The notes beneath the pieces are model-generated. The model was given only the letters and a program-made list of their open reading frames with translations, did no database searches and was not told where the DNA came from. A DNA stretch of 64,000 bases from an uncultured Flavobacteriaceae bacterium. Lineage in GTDB: Bacteria > Bacteroidota > Bacteroidia > AKYH767-A > OLB10. The stretch's first letter is position 1; every line of letters starts with the position of its first letter. Below are positions 1 to 10,162 of the stretch, one piece after another. Location of the stretch: contig CAYSPG010000010.1 in the NCBI GenBank assembly GCA_964432885.1, forward strand, positions 10,708 through 74,707, in the 5' to 3' direction. The translations under genes were made by a program, and so were the position numbers.

Positions 1-835
1 TCATGGCGTGCGCGTATGTAATGCGCTCCATTGGTGGTATATCAATACCTTTTACAACACTAAACAAATGCCGTGTTAATCCTTCAAACGTATTAAGTAT
101 ATCTTCCTGTTCAACAAAACTCATTTCGCAGTCAATCTGTGTAAACTCAGGTTGCCGGTCGGCACGTAAGTCTTCATCCCTAAAGCATTTTACTATCTGA
201 AAATACTTGTCCATGCCGGCCACCATCAGCAGTTGCTTAAATGTTTGCGGTGATTGCGGCAATGCATAAAACTGTCCCTCATGCACACGCGATGGCACCA
301 CAAAATCGCGCGCGCCTTCGGGTGTTGATTTAATGAGAACGGGTGTTTCTACTTCAATAAAGTTTTGCTGGTTAAGATAATTGCGTGTAGCAATGGCAAG
401 CCGGTGGCGCAGCATAAGGTTTTCTTTCACCGGCTGCCTGCGTATGTCAAGGTAACGATATTTCATACGTAACTCCTCACCCCCATCGGTTTGATCTTCG
501 ATGGTAAAGGGTGGAGTTAATGATGGATTAAGTACTTCAATGGCATCAACAATAACTTCAATTTCACCGGTAGGTATTTTTAAATTTTTGTTAGATCGTT
601 CGGCAACGGTTCCGCTAACTTTTAAAACAAACTCACGAGAAAGCGCACGTGCATTTTCGCACAATGCAGCATTCACATCCATGTTAAAAACAAGTTGGGT
701 AACGCCATAGCGGTCGCGCAAATCAAAAAATGTCATGCCGCCAAGGTTGCGCGAGCGGTGTAGCCACCCGCAAAGGGTAACGGTGTTGCCAATGTTTTTT
801 ACCGACAGTTCACCGCATGTGTGTGTACGTAACAT
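1..835 (-). CDS. aspS: aspartate--tRNA ligase, N-terminal ~278 aa (3' end lies beyond window start; not in ORF track because truncated)
   Basis: Manual translation of the minus strand from ATG (complement of 833-835): [33 protein letters not shown]...[52 protein letters not shown]. This matches the canonical AspRS N-terminus (anticodon-binding OB fold plus motif 1/2 region). Open to position 1. Confidence 0.85.
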   Translation of the reverse strand, partial: MLRTHTCGELSVKNIGNTVTLCGWLHRSRNLGGMTFFDLRDRYGVTQLVFNMDVNAALCENARALSREFVLKVSGTVAERSNKNLKIPTGEIEVIVDAIEVLNPSLTPPFTIEDQTDGGEELRMKYRYLDIRRQPVKENLMLRHRLAIATRNYLNQQNFIEVETPVLIKSTPEGARDFVVPSRVHEGQFYALPQSPQTFKQLLMVAGMDKYFQIVKCFRDEDLRADRQPEFTQIDCEMSFVEQEDILNTFEGLTRHLFSVVKGIDIPPMERITYAHAM

Positions 836-1004
836 ACGTTAAAAATAAGGGTTACGAAAGTAGGGATTATTGATGTTCAGGAAGGGGTTTAAAGTTGAGT
901 GCTTTTGCATGAATAAAAAAATCTCCTGTTTATTTCATATAGATAAAAGCAAACAACAGGCAGATAGCATTTGTTGGCTGTTTTAAGTTCAGCCGCTTAG
1001 TAGC

Positions 1005-1898
1005 TTACTTTATCACCTTAGGCCCTATGTACCCCATTAGCCTGTACACAAGTTTTGCAAGCGTGTACTCACTAAGAATGTTACCTTTCATTGGAGCGCA
1101 CTCAACCACATCAAAGCCCACAATGTTTTTTGTTTTAGCAACTTGTTTTAAAAAATTTAGGGTTTCGTCCCAAAAAAGCCCGCGTGGCTCTGCCGTACCC
1201 ACAGCCGGCATTATCGAAGGGTCAAACCCATCGGCATCAATAGTAAGGTAAACATTTTCGGTTAAATCTTTTATGGCATCATCAGCCCATGCAGCATGGT
1301 TGCGTATAGTGTGTGCGTAATAGGTATGAATGTTTTTTGATTTCTTAATAAGTTGCGCTTCTTCTATGCACTGTGCGCGTATGCCTACCTGCACCAGGTT
1401 TATGCCCATATCATGCACCCGTTTCATTACACTTGCGTGCGAATAAATATTGTTATGATAGGACTGTCTTAAATCGCTGTGCGCATCTATTTGAAGTACG
1501 CTAAGGTTTTTATATTTTTTGGAAAACGCTTTTACAAAGCCGTAGGTAACCGTGTGCTCGGCACCAAGCGAAACCACATACTTGCCATCGGCCAATAGTT
1601 TTGATGTTTCTTTTTCGATATAATCAACCGCTTTTTTGTCAACCTTTTTTTTAAAATTTAATGCAGGCAATGTTGCAATACCATATTTGCGATAGGTTTC
1701 GGCATCCAGCTCTTCGTCATACAACTCAACAAACTGTGATGCGTTTACAATAGCTGCCGGTCCTTTGTCGCTTCCGGCAAGGTAACTGGATGTGTGCTCA
1801 TAAGGAACCTGCTGTATTACAAAACGCGAAGTTTTATAGCTGTAATATTTTTCATCCTCAATGCCAAGAAAATTTTTTTTTGTGGGAAGAGATTTCAT
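1005..1898 (-). CDS. arginase/agmatinase-family ureohydrolase (likely agmatinase)
   Basis: 297 aa. Metal-binding motifs of the ureohydrolase family are present: QIDAHSDL, TIDADGFDPS, and the GFDVVE region. ATG confirmed at 1898. Confidence 0.75.
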   Translation of the reverse strand: MKSLPTKKNFLGIEDEKYYSYKTSRFVIQQVPYEHTSSYLAGSDKGPAAIVNASQFVELYDEELDAETYRKYGIATLPALNFKKKVDKKAVDYIEKETSKLLADGKYVVSLGAEHTVTYGFVKAFSKKYKNLSVLQIDAHSDLRQSYHNNIYSHASVMKRVHDMGINLVQVGIRAQCIEEAQLIKKSKNIHTYYAHTIRNHAAWADDAIKDLTENVYLTIDADGFDPSIMPAVGTAEPRGLFWDETLNFLKQVAKTKNIVGFDVVECAPMKGNILSEYTLAKLVYRLMGYIGPKVIK

Positions 1899-1992
1899 AG
1901 ATACGAATTATTATGAATAACACGAATATAGTCTGCAAAGTAAAATAGTTGTGTATTAAATCATCACATCAACACATCAACTAATCATGTTA

Positions 1993-3183
1993 TCAGCTAA
2001 TCTTTTCTTTAACAAGCTGTGCAGCTTCTTTTAAAAGGATGGCCGAAAAAACTTTTAATCCTGACTGGTCAATTATTTTTTTGGCTTCTTCGGCATTAGT
2101 GCCCTGCAAGCGTACAATAATAGGCACGGGTATTTGCCCAATGTTTTTGTACGCATCCACAATGCCTTGTGCCACGCGGTCGCAACGCACAATGCCCCCA
2201 AAAATGTTTACCAAAATGGCTTTAACGTTTTTATCTTGCAAAATAATTCTAAATGCCTGTTCAACCCGCGCTGCATTGGCAGTGCCACCAACATCCAAAA
2301 AGTTTGCAGGCTCACCTCCGGCCAGTTTTATAATGTCCATTGTGGCCATGGCCAAGCCTGCGCCATTAACCATGCAGCCCACGTTGCCATCAAGTTTTAC
2401 ATAGTTTAAATCGTGCTCACTTGCTTCCACTTCGGTAGGGTCTTCTTCGGTTTTGTCGCGCATGGCGGCATAGTCGGCATGGCGAAAAAGCGCATTCTCA
2501 TCCAAATTTACTTTTGCATCAACGGCAATAATTTTATCGTCAGATGTTTTTAGCACGGGATTTATTTCAAACAACGAAGCATCGCAGTTGTCATAAGCCT
2601 TGTAAAGTGCTGTTACAAACCGGGTCATTTCTTTAAAAGCATTGCCATTTACCCCCAAATTAAAGGCAATTTTACGCGCCTGAAAAGGTTGCAGGCCTGT
2701 GGCAGGGTCTATTTCTTCTTTGAAAATAAGGTGCGGGGTTTTTTCGGCTACTTCCTCAATGTTCATTCCGCCTTCGGTACTGTACATTATAATATTGCGG
2801 CCTTTTTGCCTGTCCATAAGCACGCTCATGTAAAACTCTTTGGTGGCCGATGCACCGGGGTAATACACGTCCTGTGCAATTAATATTTTGTTTACTTTTT
2901 TTCCGGCAGGGCCTGTTTGCGGAGTAATTAATTGCATACCCAAAATGGCCGAAGCTTTTTCCTTTACATCATCAATGTTTTTGGCAAGTTTTACGCCTCC
3001 ACCTTTGCCACGGCCACCGGCATGTATTTGTGCTTTTATAACACAAAAGTCAGATCCGGTTTGTTTTTTAATTTCCTGAGCGGCATTTACTGCTTGCTCT
3101 ACTGTTTCGGCAACAATGCCTTCTTGTATGGCAACTCCAAAAGATTTTAATATGGCTTTGCCCTGATATTCGTGAATGTTCAT
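1993..3183 (-). CDS. sucC: succinate--CoA ligase (ADP-forming) beta subunit
   Basis: MNIHEYQGKAILKSFGV... is the canonical SucC N-terminus, with an ATP-grasp followed by a CoA-ligase domain. The ORF-track start at 3201 is a TTG; the ATG at 3183 gives the canonical start. Confidence 0.9.
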   Translation of the reverse strand: MNIHEYQGKAILKSFGVAIQEGIVAETVEQAVNAAQEIKKQTGSDFCVIKAQIHAGGRGKGGGVKLAKNIDDVKEKASAILGMQLITPQTGPAGKKVNKILIAQDVYYPGASATKEFYMSVLMDRQKGRNIIMYSTEGGMNIEEVAEKTPHLIFKEEIDPATGLQPFQARKIAFNLGVNGNAFKEMTRFVTALYKAYDNCDASLFEINPVLKTSDDKIIAVDAKVNLDENALFRHADYAAMRDKTEEDPTEVEASEHDLNYVKLDGNVGCMVNGAGLAMATMDIIKLAGGEPANFLDVGGTANAARVEQAFRIILQDKNVKAILVNIFGGIVRCDRVAQGIVDAYKNIGQIPVPIIVRLQGTNAEEAKKIIDQSGLKVFSAILLKEAAQLVKEKIS

Positions 3184-3187
3184 GCGC

Positions 3188-3231
3188 GCAAAGAAAAGCA
3201 AAAGAACAAAATCAGGTTAGCCATAACCTGA
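3188..3231 (-). terminator. weak terminator-like hairpin followed by a T-tract (minus-strand sense), ending 5 nt before the sucC start codon
   Basis: Perfect 8-bp inverted repeat TCAGGTTA-gcca-TAACCTGA at 3212-3231. On the minus strand it is followed by TTTTGTTCTTTTGCTTTTCTTT. Confidence 0.35.
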
Positions 3232-3251
3232 ATTAATCTATTAACAATAAA

Positions 3252-3380
3252 CTAAAAGTTGTATTGGGTTACAAAAAAGAAGATAAAAATAGTAAGCAGG
3301 ATGATGAGTAATCCCAGTGCCTGAAAAGGGCTTAAATCTTTCCATACAAAACTTTGCTTGGACATTTTGATAATTTTCAT
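3252..3380 (-). CDS. hypothetical 42-aa small hydrophobic peptide upstream of sucC (not in ORF track, below the length cutoff)
   Basis: ATG (complement of 3378-3380) to TAG. Translation MKIIKMSKQSFVWKDLSPFQALGLLIILLTIFIFFFVTQYNF has a single predicted TM helix. Same strand as sucC. Confidence 0.3.
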   Translation of the reverse strand: MKIIKMSKQSFVWKDLSPFQALGLLIILLTIFIFFFVTQYNF

Positions 3381-3571
3381 CTTTAGATTTGGTTAGAGGT
3401 TAACGAAAATTTTCGCCTGTAAAGAAAAGAATTTTATTGATTACGGCAAAAATTTTTTTTAACATACTGTGCAAAAAATTATAGAGGAAAAAATAACGGT
3501 ATTGGTAAATACTCTACTTTTGAGAGTTCAAAAAAAATATAAATTATTATTCACCTAAAACAATCACAGTT

Positions 3572-6500
3572 ATGAATAAACTGATTACTACGTTTTGTTT
3601 GGTTCTGATTAGTCTTACCGGATTTTCTCAGAACTGCTTCTGGCATGAAAACATGGAAGTTATTGACTCGGTAACCTCGGTAGGAACCCCTACCTGGACT
3701 GCAAATACCCGCATTTCGCATAGCGGTTTACAATGCGATTCGGTGCAGGTAGGCACCGGCACAGTAAGTTATCTTGAAACCGATGTTATGGATTTAACAG
3801 GAAACATTTATGTGCAACTTAGCTTTTGGCACATCTGCCGCATTGACTTTTTTGATGGTGGTACGGTTGAATATTCTAATGACGGAGGTGTTAACTGGCA
3901 GCCAATACCAACCAATTTGTTTGATCCAACATTGCCAACACATGGCGCATTTACCGGCCAGGGTGGTGTGTTTACATCTGCAACAAGTTTAAGTTGGGAT
4001 CCTGCCAACCCCGGTACAGTAGCTACCAATGCCATGTGGGAACTTGCTCGCTGGGATGTTTCATCCATTGTTGGTGGACAGAACCAGATTAAATTCCGTT
4101 TAAAACTTTCTGATCTTAGTAACCCAGGCCCGAGTGGATACCCAGGATGGTTTGTTGATGACATTTGCGTGGAAGCTGCTCCCTGCGAGCTTATTCCTCC
4201 TGTAGTTACTTACATTAACCCTTTACAGGGAACAGTTTACAACCTAGGACCGTTTAACGTGTTTGCCGATATTACTGACGGTTCGGGTTTGTTAACGCAA
4301 GACCTTACTTATACCGTTAACAGTGGCGCACCCACTACCATTGCCATGACATTTGTTACCGGCAATACCTGGACAGCGCAAATACCTGCGGTGTTAGAAG
4401 GCGATACAGTTTGCTACTCGATAACTGCCGTTGATAATTCGGGTTGTAATAACAGTACTACTTCAAACACACTTTGTTTTATCACATCAAATGGTGTAAC
4501 ATTTCCATATTGCGATAATTTTGATATAACCACCAATCTTTGGGTTGACTCAGGCGCAGTAGCTGGTTCTATCTGGGAGTTAGGTACTCCTAACACCTGG
4601 CCAGCAGCACCGCACAGTGCTCCCAATAGTTGGGAAGTTGCATTAAACCAACCGTATGCTAATAATACACTTGCGTATTTATATTCACCAGTATTTAGCT
4701 TTACAGGTGTAGCTAATGCAAGTATCGAACTTTGGGTGGATGCCCAGTGCGAAAATTTTTGGGATGGTACCAACCTTCAATGCGATACTACTGGAAGTGG
4801 TAACTGGTTTATTATTGGAAATTGCGCGGGCAACGATCCTAATCCCGGAACAAATTGGTATAACCAATGCAGTATTAATTCTGTTAATGAGCCAGCATGG
4901 TCGGGTACAAGCCAGGTGATAGCCGGCCAGCCCGGATGGTTTAAAGCCAAGCACTCATTAAGCATGCTTGATAATGTACAGTATGCACAATTCCGTTTTC
5001 AGTTTTCAAGCGATGCTTCGGTTACCGGTGATGGTATTGGCATAGATGATATTTGCATAACCGTTCCATCTCCGCAGGATGCCGGTGTTGCACAAATTTA
5101 CCAACCGGGCGGACAAGCTCCTGCCGGTGCATGTATTCCTGTTTCTGTTTTGCTTCAGAATATGGGAAGCCAACCTATTACAACAACAACTGTTACTTAT
5201 GTACAAACAAGTGGTGCCGGTATGCCACAAACAGGCACTGTTACCTGGAATGGATTTTTAAATCCTAACGATACTGCAACAGTTATTATTACTCCTTGCT
5301 TTACAGTTCCTGCAGGACCCTTCTGTGTGCAGGCTTATACTTCGCTGGTAAATGATGGCAACTTTTTTAACGATAGTACCACTATTTGCGGTATAGGAAT
5401 ACCTGTGCTAACACCCACTATATGTGATGATTTTGAAAGTGGAAACGTAGGTTGGGTTGCAAGTCCTAATACTGCTACTGGATGGAATTTGGGTGCTCCT
5501 GCTTATGGCGCTACCACGGGTGCTCACTCAGGTACAAACGCATGGGATATTAATTTGACAGGACCTTTTACCAACAACCAAAGCGATACTTTATATACAC
5601 CCATTTATGATATGAGTTCACCAAGTGTACTTAATCCTAATATTAGTTTCTGGCAAAATAGAAATGTGAATACCGGTAATGACGGCATGAGAATTGAATA
5701 TGAAACAAACTCAAATGGTATTTGGCAGGTGCTTGGTGTTTATCAAGATGGAAATGGATCAAACTGGTATAATCAGGCCAATGTAAACTTTAGTGCTATT
5801 CCTGGCTGGGATGGCAATTCAAACGGATGGCAGCGCCATACATACTTTCTTGCAGCAGCAACTCCTTTCCCCGGAACTCAATTTATCCGTTTCCGTTTTA
5901 TATTTACCAGTGGGTTTAATATACCTCTTGATGGAGTATCAATTGACGATTTTTGTGTAAACATACCATGTGCAAACGATGTTGGTGTAACGTATGTAAA
6001 CTCTTACACTCAGTTTCTTGGTGGCTCGGCTGCCGAGGGAACTCAGGATAGCGTAACTGTTACATTACATAATTATGGTACAGCCAATCAGTCAACAGCA
6101 AATATTACTTACCAGATAGTTCAAAATGGTGTTCCGGTATTTACATCTAATCCATATACATGGAATGGAACATTAACAACCAATTTACCCGGATGGAATG
6201 CTACCAACATTATTTTGCCTCAAACATTTACTGTTCCTGCAGGTGCATTTCAAATTATTGCGTGGGTAACTTTAACAGGTGATTGTGATGCTGCTAACGA
6301 TACCTTAAATATTGGTGGCGTTGGTGTTCCGGTTATTGCTATTGATTATAACACGCCTTATTGCGATGACTTTGAAAGTGGCAATGTGGGCTGGACAGTA
6401 AACTTTGGTACTGGTGGTGACCCTGGTTCTATTTGGGAATTTGGCTTGCCAAACGTAGCACCAACTAATACTGCACACAGCGGTACCACTGCATGGGATA

Positions 6501-8173
6501 TTACCTTAAATGCACCTTATACCAATAATGCCAATGTGTATTTAACATCACCCATTTTTGACTTTACAAATGCTGTTGACACACGCTTAGATTTTTGGCA
6601 AAACTGGTCAACAGAAAATGGATGGGATGGAACACATATGGAAGTATCAGTTAATAACGGCCCGTGGACGCATTTTGGAAATTGTCAGGCCGGATTACCA
6701 GCCAACACGGCTTTCAACTGGTACACAGGCACTATTAACTCTAACCCTGGTATTAACTGCGCATGGGAAGGTTTGTCTTCAGGTTGGCAGCAATCTATTT
6801 GGTTTAACTTAAGCAATAACCCACAAACTATTTCTTTTAATGGTCAACCCAAAGTTCAGTTCCGCTTCCAATTTACAAGCGATGCATCGGTTACAGGTAT
6901 TGGCTACTCAATTGACGATTTCTGTTTAACAGTACCTGTTCCATTAACAACCACACCAACAGCAATTACCGATTTGCCAACAACACCACACTTAAATTTT
7001 CCAGGCCAAAGTATTTGTTTCCGTACCACTATTAAAAATGATGGTACAACAGCAATAAACTCAACTGCTGTACAATTGGTAATTGACAATACACCAATTT
7101 CGTTGGATACGGTTAATTATTCACCTGCGCTTGCATCGGGCGCAAGCCAAAATTATCAGTTTAGTACGTGCTGGACAGGTGCGCCAGGCTTACATACCGT
7201 ATGTGCTATAACCAGCTACCCAAATCAAAGTACAGATTTAAAACCGGTAAACGATACCATTTGTTATACAATTTTAATTTTCGATTCGGCACAAATTGGT
7301 ACTCAACCAAAATGTTATGATTTTGAAGCAGGCCCACAGTGGGTAACATTAAATTCAATAAACCTACTGCCTACATCAAGTTGGACATTGGGTCAACCTG
7401 CAAAAACAACTATTAATACTGCACACAGTGGTACTAATGCATGGGTAACAGGAACACTTACCGGCAACTATTCGAACCGCGACACGTCATCATTATTCTC
7501 GCCACTGTTTATTATTAATGGTGCCTTAAATTACAACATCACTTTTTGGACAGCATTTAAAACCGAAAAGAATGAAGATGGCGGAACACTTGAATATTCA
7601 TCAGACTACGGGGTAACATGGAAGCAGTTAGGAAATCAACAATCACCTAACTGGATGAATACACTTGATATTACAGCATTGCAAATTGGTGCACCGGGTC
7701 CAGTACCTCATGCCGGATGGAGTGGAAATGCAACAGGATGGGCAAGTCGCGGACACGATTTTTGCCTTGGAATGCAAGGTGTTCAAAATGTAATTTTCCG
7801 TTGGAGATTTAATTCAGACTTTAGTGTGGAGGATGAAGGATGGGCAATTGATGATGTATGTATAACCCCACTTACCGGAACATGTCCTGTTGGTGTTGAA
7901 GAAGTAAGTGAGTCGCTTGAGCTTTTACAAAATCAACCCAATCCGTTTGATGATGTTACAGCTATTACTTTTAGCATAAAAGAAAAAGGACATACCGAAT
8001 TGCAAATACTCGATATTACCGGCCAGTTAATTTCAACACCCATTAGCGAGGAGTTAAGCGTTGGAAACTACACGGTAAATCTACATGCAGGCAGCCTTGC
8101 TTCAGGTGTTTATTTTTATGCACTTAAGCATAACGATACGCGCATGGTTCGCAAAATGGTAGTTGCCAAATAA
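3572..8173 (+). CDS. T9SS-secreted giant protein with about four MAM-like domain repeats and a C-terminal Por/T9SS sorting domain
   Basis: 1533 aa with a signal peptide. Modules recur (CDDFESGNVGW...FWQN...IDDFCV / IDDICV), typical of MAM domains. The C-terminus LLQNQPNPFDDVTAITFSI...GVYFYALKHNDTRMVRKMVVAK is a classic T9SS type-A CTD. Confidence 0.8.
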   Translation: MNKLITTFCLVLISLTGFSQNCFWHENMEVIDSVTSVGTPTWTANTRISHSGLQCDSVQVGTGTVSYLETDVMDLTGNIYVQLSFWHICRIDFFDGGTVEYSNDGGVNWQPIPTNLFDPTLPTHGAFTGQGGVFTSATSLSWDPANPGTVATNAMWELARWDVSSIVGGQNQIKFRLKLSDLSNPGPSGYPGWFVDDICVEAAPCELIPPVVTYINPLQGTVYNLGPFNVFADITDGSGLLTQDLTYTVNSGAPTTIAMTFVTGNTWTAQIPAVLEGDTVCYSITAVDNSGCNNSTTSNTLCFITSNGVTFPYCDNFDITTNLWVDSGAVAGSIWELGTPNTWPAAPHSAPNSWEVALNQPYANNTLAYLYSPVFSFTGVANASIELWVDAQCENFWDGTNLQCDTTGSGNWFIIGNCAGNDPNPGTNWYNQCSINSVNEPAWSGTSQVIAGQPGWFKAKHSLSMLDNVQYAQFRFQFSSDASVTGDGIGIDDICITVPSPQDAGVAQIYQPGGQAPAGACIPVSVLLQNMGSQPITTTTVTYVQTSGAGMPQTGTVTWNGFLNPNDTATVIITPCFTVPAGPFCVQAYTSLVNDGNFFNDSTTICGIGIPVLTPTICDDFESGNVGWVASPNTATGWNLGAPAYGATTGAHSGTNAWDINLTGPFTNNQSDTLYTPIYDMSSPSVLNPNISFWQNRNVNTGNDGMRIEYETNSNGIWQVLGVYQDGNGSNWYNQANVNFSAIPGWDGNSNGWQRHTYFLAAATPFPGTQFIRFRFIFTSGFNIPLDGVSIDDFCVNIPCANDVGVTYVNSYTQFLGGSAAEGTQDSVTVTLHNYGTANQSTANITYQIVQNGVPVFTSNPYTWNGTLTTNLPGWNATNIILPQTFTVPAGAFQIIAWVTLTGDCDAANDTLNIGGVGVPVIAIDYNTPYCDDFESGNVGWTVNFGTGGDPGSIWEFGLPNVAPTNTAHSGTTAWDITLNAPYTNNANVYLTSPIFDFTNAVDTRLDFWQNWSTENGWDGTHMEVSVNNGPWTHFGNCQAGLPANTAFNWYTGTINSNPGINCAWEGLSSGWQQSIWFNLSNNPQTISFNGQPKVQFRFQFTSDASVTGIGYSIDDFCLTVPVPLTTTPTAITDLPTTPHLNFPGQSICFRTTIKNDGTTAINSTAVQLVIDNTPISLDTVNYSPALASGASQNYQFSTCWTGAPGLHTVCAITSYPNQSTDLKPVNDTICYTILIFDSAQIGTQPKCYDFEAGPQWVTLNSINLLPTSSWTLGQPAKTTINTAHSGTNAWVTGTLTGNYSNRDTSSLFSPLFIINGALNYNITFWTAFKTEKNEDGGTLEYSSDYGVTWKQLGNQQSPNWMNTLDITALQIGAPGPVPHAGWSGNATGWASRGHDFCLGMQGVQNVIFRWRFNSDFSVEDEGWAIDDVCITPLTGTCPVGVEEVSESLELLQNQPNPFDDVTAITFSIKEKGHTELQILDITGQLISTPISEELSVGNYTVNLHAGSLASGVYFYALKHNDTRMVRKMVVAK

Positions 8174-8198
8174 ATAACAATAGCATCCTAAAAAAAGT

Positions 8199-8236
8199 CC
8201 GGCATGTAATTCGTGCCGGACTTTTTTATTGGGTTA
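8199..8236 (+). terminator. rho-independent terminator after the MAM-like gene
   Basis: AGTCCGGCA-tgtaattcg-TGCCGGACT followed by TTTTTT. Confidence 0.6.
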
Positions 8237-8282
8237 AAAACATGGAACAGGTTTATCTGCCACCAGCTAAACAATATAATTT

Positions 8283-8290
8283 TACATTTG
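8283..8290 (+). promoter_or_regulatory. Bacteroidota sigma-A -7 element (TAnnTTTG) for sucD
   Basis: TACATTTG lies 29 bp upstream of the sucD ATG. Confidence 0.3.
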
Positions 8291-8318
8291 CAGCCATTAC
8301 AAAAATTTGTAACCAGCA

Positions 8319-9200
8319 ATGAGCATTTTAGTAAATAAAAATTCAAAAATAATAGTGCAGGGATTTACCGGAAGTGAAGGTACTTTTCATGCAACGCAAA
8401 TGATTGAATACGGGACCAATGTGGTGGGTGGTGTAACACCTGGCAAAGGTGGCAGCAAGCATTTGGATAAACCTGTTTTTAATACAGTGGCCGATGCAGT
8501 AAAAAATACAGGAGCCGATGTAAGTATAGTGTTTGTTCCTCCGGCTTTTGCGGCTGATGCTATAATGGAAGCAGCCGAAGCAGGCATTAAACTGGTAGTG
8601 GCAATTACCGAAGGTATCCCCACCAAAGACATGATACAGGTAAAAAATTATTTAAGCAACCGCAATACACGATTAATTGGACCCAATTGCCCGGGAATTA
8701 TTACTGCCGAAGAATGTAAGGTTGGTATTATGCCAGGCTTTGTTTTTAAAAAAGGCTCAATAGGTATAGTATCCAAATCGGGTACACTTACTTACGAAGC
8801 TGCTGACCAGGTGGTAAAAGCAGGTGCAGGAATTTCTACAGCCATTGGTATTGGTGGCGACCCTATTATTGGAACAACAACTAAAGAAGCCGTTGAGCTT
8901 TTTATGAATGATTCCGAAACCGAAGGCATAGTAATGATTGGTGAAATAGGAGGGGGCCTTGAAGCTGAAGCAGCCCGTTGGATAAAAGCCAATGGAACCA
9001 AACCCGTAGTTGGATTTATTGCCGGACAAACTGCACCTCCTGGCCGCAGGATGGGACATGCCGGTGCCATAGTTGGTGGAGCCGATGATACAGCAAAAGC
9101 AAAAATGAAAATTATGAGCGATTGCGGAATTCACGTGGTGGCATCGCCTGCTGATATTGGCGAAACCATGATAAAGGTTTTAAAAAAGATTCCTGCCTAA
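8319..9200 (+). CDS. sucD: succinate--CoA ligase alpha subunit
   Basis: [45 protein letters not shown]... shows the CoA-binding and ligase-CoA domains. Confidence 0.9.
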   Translation: MSILVNKNSKIIVQGFTGSEGTFHATQMIEYGTNVVGGVTPGKGGSKHLDKPVFNTVADAVKNTGADVSIVFVPPAFAADAIMEAAEAGIKLVVAITEGIPTKDMIQVKNYLSNRNTRLIGPNCPGIITAEECKVGIMPGFVFKKGSIGIVSKSGTLTYEAADQVVKAGAGISTAIGIGGDPIIGTTTKEAVELFMNDSETEGIVMIGEIGGGLEAEAARWIKANGTKPVVGFIAGQTAPPGRRMGHAGAIVGGADDTAKAKMKIMSDCGIHVVASPADIGETMIKVLKKIPA

Positions 9201-9205
9201 AAAAA

Positions 9206-9245
9206 CAAAACGCCACAAAAAATTTTTTTGTGGCGTTTTGTTTAT
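9206..9245. terminator. bidirectional terminator between convergent sucD and the USP genes
   Basis: Long perfect palindrome AACGCCACAAAAAA/TTTTTTTGTGGCGTT flanked by A/T runs on both sides. Confidence 0.6.
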
Positions 9246-9262
9246 AATGATATGGCAGATAT

Positions 9263-10150
9263 TTAATATCCTACCGATATAGTGCTTGGGTCAGTTTCCA
9301 TTGGGTGAACTGCCATAACAGGAATTTTTGAATGATTAACTACCTGTGTGGCATAGGTTCCTAAAAATAAACCTGTAAGACTGGGCTCCTGCTCGGTCAT
9401 AATCACGGTAAGGTCGGCATCCAGTTCTTCGGCCACCTGCATGGTCATTTTAGCCAGGTTATCGCCTTCTACAAATTTTGTTTCGCAACTTACTTCGTGC
9501 TTGCCAAGCCATTCCTCAACCTGGTCAACCTTTATTCTGAATTTGCGCTTATTATCTTCATTGGTAAAATTGATAAGGCCAACCACAAACACATGCGAAC
9601 CATAATGACGTGCTACTTCCATAGCATAGTTTACCTTATGGCGAGATGATGGAGTGTCGTCAACAGGCAATACTATTTTTTTAAATCCTATACGCTTGCT
9701 GTGCGTTTGAACAGATATTACAGGACAAGGGGCCTCCTCAACAACCTTTGATGTATTGGTGCCTACGTTAAACTTTTTGTAACCCGATACACCATGGGTA
9801 CCCATAATTATTATATCTATTTTATCTTTTTTGGCTACCTCCACAATTTTTTTGTAGATGCGACCAACCTCAGTTTTTGAATACACCGAAATACCATTAT
9901 TGGTATGAATGCTGCGTGCAATTTCTTCCATTTTTTTGTCCGATTCGGTTTCTACTTTTTTATCTGCACTACCAAATGCTGCACTAATGGCTGATGTAAA
10001 TGAAACTGTTTCGATAATGTGCAGCAAGTGAATATCGGCCTTTAGCAACTTGGCCATAAATACTGCATGTTCTAAACTAAGTGATGCAGTTTCTGAAAAA
10101 TCATAAGGAATAAGTATCCTTTTGATTTCAAAATTTTTGATGGTGCTCAT
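9263..10150 (-). CDS. universal stress protein family protein (tandem USP domains)
   Basis: 295 aa with two UspA-like halves, each ending with the ATP-binding G-x2-G-x9-G(S/T)-type region (IIMGTHG, VFVVGL). Confidence 0.75.
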   Translation of the reverse strand: MSTIKNFEIKRILIPYDFSETASLSLEHAVFMAKLLKADIHLLHIIETVSFTSAISAAFGSADKKVETESDKKMEEIARSIHTNNGISVYSKTEVGRIYKKIVEVAKKDKIDIIIMGTHGVSGYKKFNVGTNTSKVVEEAPCPVISVQTHSKRIGFKKIVLPVDDTPSSRHKVNYAMEVARHYGSHVFVVGLINFTNEDNKRKFRIKVDQVEEWLGKHEVSCETKFVEGDNLAKMTMQVAEELDADLTVIMTEQEPSLTGLFLGTYATQVVNHSKIPVMAVHPMETDPSTISVGY

Positions 10151-10162
10151 ACGATTATATTT

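Noticed and set aside
3-710. Plus-strand ORFs 3-200 and 501-710
   Set aside because: They lie entirely inside the well-supported minus-strand aspS coding region and have no recognisable features.
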